Made by a program: the position numbers and the translations under genes. This document shows, one piece after another, positions 29,582 to 37,600 of a DNA stretch of 39,508 bases. The first letter of the stretch is position 1. Each line of letters begins with the position of its first letter. The stretch covers positions 1-39,508 of the forward strand of contig JAOPTW010000085.1 in assembly GCA_051532035.1 (NCBI GenBank), read 5' to 3'. This DNA comes from Fibrobacterales bacterium. GTDB taxonomy: Bacteria; Fibrobacterota; Fibrobacteria; Fibrobacterales; JAOPTW01. Under the pieces are notes generated by a model, which searched no databases, had not been told where the DNA came from, and was given only the letters and a program-made list of their open reading frames with translations.

Positions 29582-30985
29582 ATGAAAACTCTACTTGTCA
29601 TATTGCTCACTACATACACATTGTTTGCATTTATTCCTCTCAATAATGCAACTATAGAACTACTGAGCACAGAGGATATTCAAGATTCATCTGAAAATGA
29701 AATGATTGACAGCACATCTGTAACTGCGCTCAGTATCAAAATTACACCAAATGACAGCATTCGAATCAAGACATTAACTGAAGTGTTACCCCAAGTTGAC
29801 ACCCTTAACGCAAAGGATACTACCACAGTATATTCAGTCATTAATCAGATACACACAATTGATAGTCTTACAGATTTCGTAATGAGAATGAGTTTGAAAA
29901 AATTTGATCGAGTGAACGTCCCAGATAGCGTTCCTCTTTTCAGGGCATTAACAACGTTACAGACCATTGATACAAGTGACACAACACTCATCATGTCTAC
30001 TATAGACTCAATCAAACTCCCTGCGCTTTTAACAATATACCCTAAAAAAGTGCAACCAACAGACGTTAAAGAAATTCTTAAACTCGAACTCAAAAAACAA
30101 ACCAAATTAAAAAAAAATGTTACCGATACCTTATCTATATATAGGATGTCGTGTAATTCAAAAAACAAATGTGATGACAAAAGAATAGTAAATCTTCATG
30201 ACAGCATACAGGTATTCACAGAGGTCATCGATAAACTTAATTCTCAATTAGTTATCATACAAAAAAGCACCAAAACATTTTGTATCGCTGACTCAAATGA
30301 AATGCGCTCTATGCTTAGAATTGGGCTATTAGAATCAACCCTTAAACCTCAATACTCATTATCATTTAATAACTCCACAGCCATCAACCTATCTGCAACA
30401 CTATGGAAAGGTCAACTCATTGGTCCAATAATATTTGATATTAAAACTGCGCTTCCAACCGACGAACCCAAAGAGAGTTCCGACAAACAAGACAATAACA
30501 AAAAGGCAACTGCTGTTATATCAGATGCTTCACCTCTTTCTCTAGGTGCTATAGTCCCCGTAATGTATCATACAGGTAAATATGGTGGGTATGGGCTTAT
30601 AGGCCTAAAAGGCAGAATACTTTTTAAAGAAATGAGACTCACTAACAGCCAATGGAAAGGCTTTGATACTAATATTGCACTCTTTGCAGAGGGAGCAATT
30701 TTAAAAATTACAGAAAATTTCAGTATTGGCGGTAGAAGCTCATTAGGGTACGCAACTTTTTATGAGAACTTAAAAGCAGAAGTAGATACAAAAGAAATCA
30801 TACTACCTAGTATTGTTTATGGAAGGCTCGACTTTCAGGTACTGTTAAAAGAAAAGTTTGGATTCAACTTTGGAGTCATTAGAGGGATAGCTTCAGATGA
30901 AAAAGTTAAAGCCTTTAAAAAAGTTGCCCAATACTTTATTCAATTTAATTTGCCTGTGAATATTGGTGAGGATGATAAAGAATAA
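29582..30985 (+). CDS. Hypothetical secreted protein, possible C-terminal beta-barrel
   Basis: ATG after AAGGA RBS, signal peptide MKTLLVILLTTYTLFA; Thr/Asp-rich N half, coiled segment, alternating beta-strand-like C half. Confidence 0.65.
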   Translation: MKTLLVILLTTYTLFAFIPLNNATIELLSTEDIQDSSENEMIDSTSVTALSIKITPNDSIRIKTLTEVLPQVDTLNAKDTTTVYSVINQIHTIDSLTDFVMRMSLKKFDRVNVPDSVPLFRALTTLQTIDTSDTTLIMSTIDSIKLPALLTIYPKKVQPTDVKEILKLELKKQTKLKKNVTDTLSIYRMSCNSKNKCDDKRIVNLHDSIQVFTEVIDKLNSQLVIIQKSTKTFCIADSNEMRSMLRIGLLESTLKPQYSLSFNNSTAINLSATLWKGQLIGPIIFDIKTALPTDEPKESSDKQDNNKKATAVISDASPLSLGAIVPVMYHTGKYGGYGLIGLKGRILFKEMRLTNSQWKGFDTNIALFAEGAILKITENFSIGGRSSLGYATFYENLKAEVDTKEIILPSIVYGRLDFQVLLKEKFGFNFGVIRGIASDEKVKAFKKVAQYFIQFNLPVNIGEDDKE

Positions 30986-31090
30986 TATATGAAATAAGTA
31001 GTACTGTAATCCCCCCAATAAAAAGCCGTTAATTTGAGTAGAATAATCAAAATATTTTACCAAATGAAATTAGGCCATGAGCGGATTGCT

Positions 31091-32374
31091 TTAATTAATT
31101 CTATAAAAATGTTCTGTTGAAAATGGATCATTATACAGGTAAAAGTAACCACCTAAAAGAAGGTTTTTATCTGATTGTAATGCTATGGTGGAAATCCCCC
31201 CAGGGCCAGAGGTTGTATAGCCTCCCATAGAAAATAGATTGTCAATATCTCCATTGGGAGTAAGACGAATTAGGTTATTAGCTAGACTTGAATTATTGTA
31301 TGTGCTAAACTTACCGCCCGCAGTTATTCTATCATCCTGATGAACAATAATTGCAGAGATTTCACCATCAGTTCCTTTCCCATTGGTATTAAATGTTGTG
31401 TCAAAAGTGCCATCATTGTTTAGCCGTATGATATTTTGTGATATTTCTTTGTCATTGTAATTGCTAAAATTTCCACCGAGTATAATATTATTTGTAGATT
31501 GAATTGCAATAGTATACACTTCTCCATTGTAAGCTGGAAAACCAATACCATTTTTATTGAATGTTATGTCCAAGCTCCCATCACTATGTAATCGAGTGAT
31601 GCCATTGGATACTTCTGTTTTGTTATAAGTTTCAAATCCACCTCCTATGAGTATACGCCCATCTTTTTGAAGAACCAATGTATAAATCCTACTGTTGGCG
31701 CCCTTTCCAGAAGCATTAAACAATGCGTCTACCGATCCATCGGCATTTAAACGCACTATTCCATAGGGAACAGTTGATTCATTATAATGAGAAAAGGCTC
31801 CTGCAATAAGAATTTGGTTGTTATTTAAAACAATAATGTCATTGACAGATGCTTGGAACCCTGAGACTCCACTATTTGACCCATTGAAAGTAGCGTCAAA
31901 TGACCCGTCATCATTCAAACGGATAAGGTTATCAGGTACATCAACACCATTATATGTTGTAAAGATGCCTGCGACCAAAATTTTCCCATCGGGTTGTACT
32001 TTGATATCGTATACATAGTCATCAAGACCAGTACCATTTGGGTTGAAAGTGTTGTCGTGTGTACCATCGGCATTAAGTCGGATAATATAGCTGGGAACTT
32101 CTTTGTCATTGTATTCAGTGAAGCACCCTCCAATAATGATTTTACCATTTTTTAAAGGGATAATAGCATTTACTGACTGATTAAAGCCAGAGCCATTACT
32201 ATTAAAAGTTGAATCAAAAATACCCTCTGACACTGTTGCCTCTGGGAGATGAGTGTTGGGAATCGTGTTACTTGCTGGAGCTTGAGTTGTATCGGGCGTA
32301 TTGGTGTTATCAGTAATACAGCCGATTATTGTAACAAGAACGAAAAAAGATAATGAGAGCTTAGATATATTCAT
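31091..32374 (-). CDS. Delta-60 repeat (DUF5122) beta-propeller lipoprotein
   Basis: Lipobox IIG-C; repeated QPDGKILVAG.F..YN...RLN.DG..D.TFN units. Confidence 0.88.
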   Translation of the reverse strand: MNISKLSLSFFVLVTIIGCITDNTNTPDTTQAPASNTIPNTHLPEATVSEGIFDSTFNSNGSGFNQSVNAIIPLKNGKIIIGGCFTEYNDKEVPSYIIRLNADGTHDNTFNPNGTGLDDYVYDIKVQPDGKILVAGIFTTYNGVDVPDNLIRLNDDGSFDATFNGSNSGVSGFQASVNDIIVLNNNQILIAGAFSHYNESTVPYGIVRLNADGSVDALFNASGKGANSRIYTLVLQKDGRILIGGGFETYNKTEVSNGITRLHSDGSLDITFNKNGIGFPAYNGEVYTIAIQSTNNIILGGNFSNYNDKEISQNIIRLNNDGTFDTTFNTNGKGTDGEISAIIVHQDDRITAGGKFSTYNNSSLANNLIRLTPNGDIDNLFSMGGYTTSGPGGISTIALQSDKNLLLGGYFYLYNDPFSTEHFYRIN

Positions 32375-32755
32375 GAGTGTATCCGAAGTCAAAAATTAAA
32401 TACAAATGTAATATATCTATGTGTCGTTTTCCTTGAAATTGGATTTATGGCACCATTTTTAACGGATGTTAAAACCACATAAGAGTGTAACATGTAACCC
32501 CCTGAAAAGATATAGTGGCTGAACATATGAGATAGCCGAAATCGGTTTTTTAGTTAGGCATGTTCGCTGTCGGTATGGATGCTAATCACTCTTAATTTCA
32601 ACCATAACAACCCCATTCACTGAAGGTAGACCACTATAACGGGTGAGGTCCATATTTCTCTATATAGAAAGATTTGATAGCATCCTATTTTTATACAAAG
32701 TGAGCCCCCTCTTACTAGTTTTAGATACACTTCACAATTAGAATTGGTATGGCAG

Positions 32756-33826
32756 ATGGACCCTTATAGTTTACTCACTCGGGAATTAAAAGAAATTATT
32801 AATAACCCCGATAAACATAGCCCAGAAGATATTGCATTAGCGAAGCAAGTTTTGACTGAAAGATCGTCAATAACAAGAGAAAGTCCAAAGAGAGCTGTTT
32901 TTAAACCACAGTATGATTCAATTACTTTTCCAAGAAAACCCATTAGAAATCAAGGTTATGGGACGTTGGGGTTTAAGAATCTGTTTATTATTATTTTGTT
33001 AGTTGTTGGTTATTCTACTTTTGGTTTGAGTGCTAAAGATAATCTGATTATAGTAGTAGCTTTTTTAGTGCACGAAATTGGACATGTTATAGCCATGAAA
33101 ATAGTTGATTATAAGAATGTTAAAATATTACTACTACCACTACTCGCTCTTTTCTTTTCTACAAAGAAAAAGGCTGTCTCTGCTAAACAAGAAATGATCA
33201 TTCTTTTTGCAGGGCCATTACCAGGTCTTATTATTGGCTGTACATTGTTGGGAATGACCTATACCGAACCCAATGAGTGGTTTGAGCGGTTCGGTAGCTT
33301 TTTTATTATTTTAAATTTACTGATGTTATTACCTATGGAAATATTTGATGGCGGTCGTATTATTAACCTTATATATATAAGTAAAGGGTGGATGATCAAT
33401 AGTATTGCTGTCGTGCTTGTTGCCCTTGCAATGATGATAGGTGTATTTTACTTGGGAGATATAGAACTCTTTGTTGTGCCAGGTTTACTTTTTGCAATTA
33501 TCCTGTTTGATGCACAGTTAAGTGGAGTGCGCAAGGCTTGCAAAAAGTATGGCGTAAATATACAGCAAAATTATGATGATTTAACAGATAAAGATTATTG
33601 GATTATCAGAGATCAAGTGGGAATCAAAACAGTACTCTATTTTAGCCTAGTAACAGCTGGGGAATATAAAACGACCAATAATGAAGATTTCCTTATTGAT
33701 GCGGTTGATAAAGTATTAATTCCGAAAGAGCAAGGATCGCATACTCCGATTCAAAAATTTATATATGCTATTAGCCTATTCTTGTTGTTTGTATTGCCCC
33801 TTAAGCTGGTGCTTCAGTTTTTGTAA
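32756..33826 (+). CDS. Site-2 protease (peptidase M50) family membrane protein
   Basis: VHEIGH, FAGPLPG, NLLMLLPMEIFDGG; several TM helices. Start uncertain (32744 TTG or 32756 ATG). Confidence 0.85.
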   Translation: MDPYSLLTRELKEIINNPDKHSPEDIALAKQVLTERSSITRESPKRAVFKPQYDSITFPRKPIRNQGYGTLGFKNLFIIILLVVGYSTFGLSAKDNLIIVVAFLVHEIGHVIAMKIVDYKNVKILLLPLLALFFSTKKKAVSAKQEMIILFAGPLPGLIIGCTLLGMTYTEPNEWFERFGSFFIILNLLMLLPMEIFDGGRIINLIYISKGWMINSIAVVLVALAMMIGVFYLGDIELFVVPGLLFAIILFDAQLSGVRKACKKYGVNIQQNYDDLTDKDYWIIRDQVGIKTVLYFSLVTAGEYKTTNNEDFLIDAVDKVLIPKEQGSHTPIQKFIYAISLFLLFVLPLKLVLQFL

Positions 33827-33853
33827 ATTGCTAAGATTATTGTTAAATAACAG

Positions 33854-34408
33854 CTATTTGTTAGACACCTCAGACCCATGCTCCGCGAAGAGATCATAGA
33901 TGAAGATGTGCTCGACCTCGAAAACGTCATTATGAGCCACTACCGCCTCTCAGAAATCAGAAGACAAGACCTCAAGCTCAAAGTAAACAGTGGGGCAGAG
34001 CTCGATCCTCCCGGAACAGGTGGTGCCAAGAGTACCAAGAGTACCAAGGATAAGAAGGAAGAGTTCCTCTCTCAGATTATCACCCGCCTAAGTGTGATCT
34101 TTATAACGGATGAGCTGACTGATAAGGATATGGTGAGCTATGCCTATACCATCAGAGATACCATGACCGATAATGCCCGCGTCATGAACCAGATTCAAAA
34201 TAACTCCCCAGAACAAGCTATGCTCGGTGATTATCCCAAAGCACTCGAAGAAGCTATTATGGATAGCGGCGAGGCGCACTCTAATCAGATGATGCAACTC
34301 CTGGGTGATCCTCAGAAGTCTAAGGACTTTGCTCAGGTGGTGTTTGATATGCTGACTGTTATTGGGGGATTGCCGGGGCAGGGAGTGGGGAGTTATGTTG
34401 GGCGGTAG
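33854..34408 (+). pseudogene. hsdR: Third copy of hsdR 3' end (matches ~24592-25137) with 9-bp internal duplication
   Basis: LFVRHLRPMLREEIIDED...GSYVGR*; AGTACCAAG duplicated at 34031-34048 (STKSTK); identity stops exactly at TAG. Confidence 0.93.
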
Positions 34409-34694
34409 GGGGATTACGCTTTGCTTACCGAACGTAAGCTAATAAAGCACTGGTACAGCGCAAATGGACTTTTGATATAAATAAATTTTTCTATTTTGTG
34501 GCTTCTGAACGGGGACAGTTTCTAGAACTTGGGCAAATCAAATTAATATTCACCATACCTAAGCATTATAAGTAGCACGATTGTGATACATAAAGGTGGA
34601 ATTGGTTTGTCAACTATGCATATGTGAATTCTAGGTCAGTCAGAATACTTTTTTTAATTGTCTATCAAGGGCTTCGTTAGAATTGGAGAGGAAT

Positions 34695-37600
34695 ATGAGA
34701 TTTAACGTTACTACCATTATTGGGTTACTATTGTTTTTTCATAGTTGGAGTTTTGCTGGTGAACCGATGGTACTTGTATTTAATACTGAACTTGGTGAAG
34801 GTACTAAAATAACATTGCCCCTCAGTGGATATAATCTTGATGTCACCGTTGATTGGGGTGATGGATCTATATCGAATGTAAATAAGGATTACTCCTGGGG
34901 GTGTCCTCACTGGTACTCTGTTGAAGGAACGTATACAGTAAAGATTACAGGAGAAATGAATAGGTACGGCAAGAGTAACCACTATGGTGAAAATAGGGAG
35001 AAACTGGTAAAAGTTGTCAGTTTTGGTGAAATTGATCGATTAAATAGCCTTTCATATGCCTTTCAAGGGGCTGTTAATCTTGAAGAAGTACCTGCCTATC
35101 TGCCCGAGGCTATAAATGATTTATCTAGGTCTTTTCAGGGGATACAAAATGAGAGTATTACTAATCTCGAATTATGGGATGTGAGTAATGTGAGAGATTT
35201 TAGTGGTATGTTTACCTTTGCTACCCATTTTAACGAGGATATTTCTGATTGGAAGTTTGATAATGCATTATATCTGGGTAGTATGTTTTGGGGAGCAGAA
35301 TCTTTTAATCAGGATATTGGTCTCTGGAATGTGGGTACTGTTAAATATATAAGGAACATGTTCAAAGGTGCAACCAGTTTTAATCAGGATATCGGTGACT
35401 GGAAGCTAGATAGTATCACTGATATGAGCAGTATGTTTTCTGGGGCTTCATCATTTAATCAGGATATTAGTGGCTGGAATGTAGATAGCATCACTGATAT
35501 GAGCAGTATGTTTTCTGGGGCTTCATCATTTAATCAGGATATTGGTGGCTGGAATGTAGATAGCATCACTGATATGAGCGGTATGTTTTCTGGGGCTTCA
35601 TCATTTAATCAAGATATTAGTGGCTGGGTTGTAGGTAGCGTCACTGATATGAGCAGTATGTTTTCTGGGGCTTCATCATTTAATCAAGATATTAGTGGCT
35701 GGGTTGTAGGTAACATCACTGATATGAGCACTATGTTTTCTAAGGCTTCATCATTTAATCAAGATATTAGTGGCTGGGTTGTAGATAACGTCACTGATAT
35801 GAGCAGTATGTTTTCTGGGGCTTCATCATTTAATCAGGATATTGGTGGCTGGAATGTAGATAGCATCACTGATATGAACTATATGTTTTCTGGGGCTTCA
35901 TCATTTAATCAAGATATTGGTGGCTGGAATGTAGATAGCGTTACTAATATGAAGTTTATGTTTTATAGGGCTTCATCATTTAATCAGAACATAAGTGAAT
36001 GGAATGTTGAGAATGTGACCAATATGTTTGCCATGTTTGCTAATGCTACTTCTTTTAATCAGAGTTTAGGGAGTTGGAATGTGAGTAATGTAAGTGACTT
36101 TGGATCAGTGTTATCCTCAAGTGGTTTAACGGTGCAAAATTACAATGATATTCTTGTAAAGTGGTCCGCTCTTGATCTTGTTGATGGGCTTTCCTTTAAT
36201 CTTTATAATATAGGGTATAGCTCTGGAGATGCAGCAATCGCACGGCAGGCGATTATAGATAATAACTCATGGACAATATATGATGCTGGTGTAACTGATC
36301 AAGCCCTTATACAAACCGGTGCACTCCATACAATTACAGAATATTCCGCAGTGATAGAGGGCGAAGTAATACATTTAGGAGGAACAAATCCTACCCAGCA
36401 TGGAATGTGTTGGGGCGCATCACCCCAACCAATTATTACTGATGATAATACAGAAGAAGGAGTCGTTTCAGCTACAGGTACATTCTCCTCGACCTTATCC
36501 GGACTTGCCCCCAATACAACCTATTATGTAAGAGCCTATATCACAAACGGGTCTGGGACAAGTTATGGCGGACAGGTCACTTTTAGCACGCTCCCGGGAC
36601 CAATGGTGTTGAGATTCAATACTACTCTTTCAAGTGGTACTACTATTGCTTTACCTTTTGGTGGGCTCGTAAATGTAGCTGTCGACTGGGGGGATGGAAG
36701 TGGCAGAGAGTTATTTACCACAAATGGTGAAAAGACCCATACCTATTCCAGTGAGGGAGAGTATGTTGTGCGTATATATGGCGCACTCACTCAATTTGGT
36801 ACTGGTACGCCTTATGCACATGCGGACAAGTTGGTGAACGTATCTCATTTTGGCGATATTGGCCTTACCAGTCTCAGTGGGGCTTTTTATGGCGCTATAC
36901 ACCTTGATGACGTTCCAGAAACACTCCCTTCTACTGTTACTGATATGAGTAACATGTTTAATGGAGCTATGAGCTTTGATCAGGATATTGGGCATTGGGA
37001 TGTGAGTAATGTTACAGATATGAGTGGTATGATGAGCAACGTTACCCTCTCTGTGTCGAATTACAATTCACTACTCATGGCTTGGGGAAAAATTAATCTG
37101 GCAGATAATGTGACATTTAATGGCGGTAATAGTACTTATAGCATTGGAATTGTTGATTCTGTAAGGCAGAGTATCATTGATAATAAATCCTGGTCAATTA
37201 CTGATGGTGGTATGGCTACTCTGTCGTTGGTTACTACAGAAGTGCCTACTGCATTTTTGTCTACATCAGTAAGGTTCAATGGATCCATATCACATATAGG
37301 TACACAACATCCGACTCAGCATGGGTTTTGTTGGAGCACCTCAGAAATGCCTATCATCACCGATAATAACATAGAGCTCGGAGCTGTTTCAGAGACAGGT
37401 GATTTTTCGTATGATATCTCTAACCTCGTATCGGGTACAACCTATTATGTTCGAACATATGTAATCAACGCTCAAGGGGTTTTATATGGAGAACAAGTAT
37501 CGTTTTCACCATTATCTGGCCCCATGATTCTAGAGTATAACACAAACCTTTCTACAGGAACAGTAGTTTCCCTGTATTTTCATGGTGTCGTTGATGTTAC

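Noticed and set aside
32490..32570. Possible attC site or structured RNA (TAAC...GTTAGGC; GAACAT/ATGTTC pairing)
   Set aside because: Core sites are not complementary, there are no similar sites between other cargo genes, no integron integrase, and no recognisable riboswitch consensus.
22297..33870. Similar junction words TTAGAACACCT (22297) and TTAGACACCT (33861) as a recombinase site
   Set aside because: Absent at the copy-2 junction, and in copy 3 hsdR similarity seems to extend upstream of it.
27796..34408. 104-aa and 176-aa ORFs as independent genes
   Set aside because: Internal starts within duplicated hsdR tails; homology extends upstream of their start codons.
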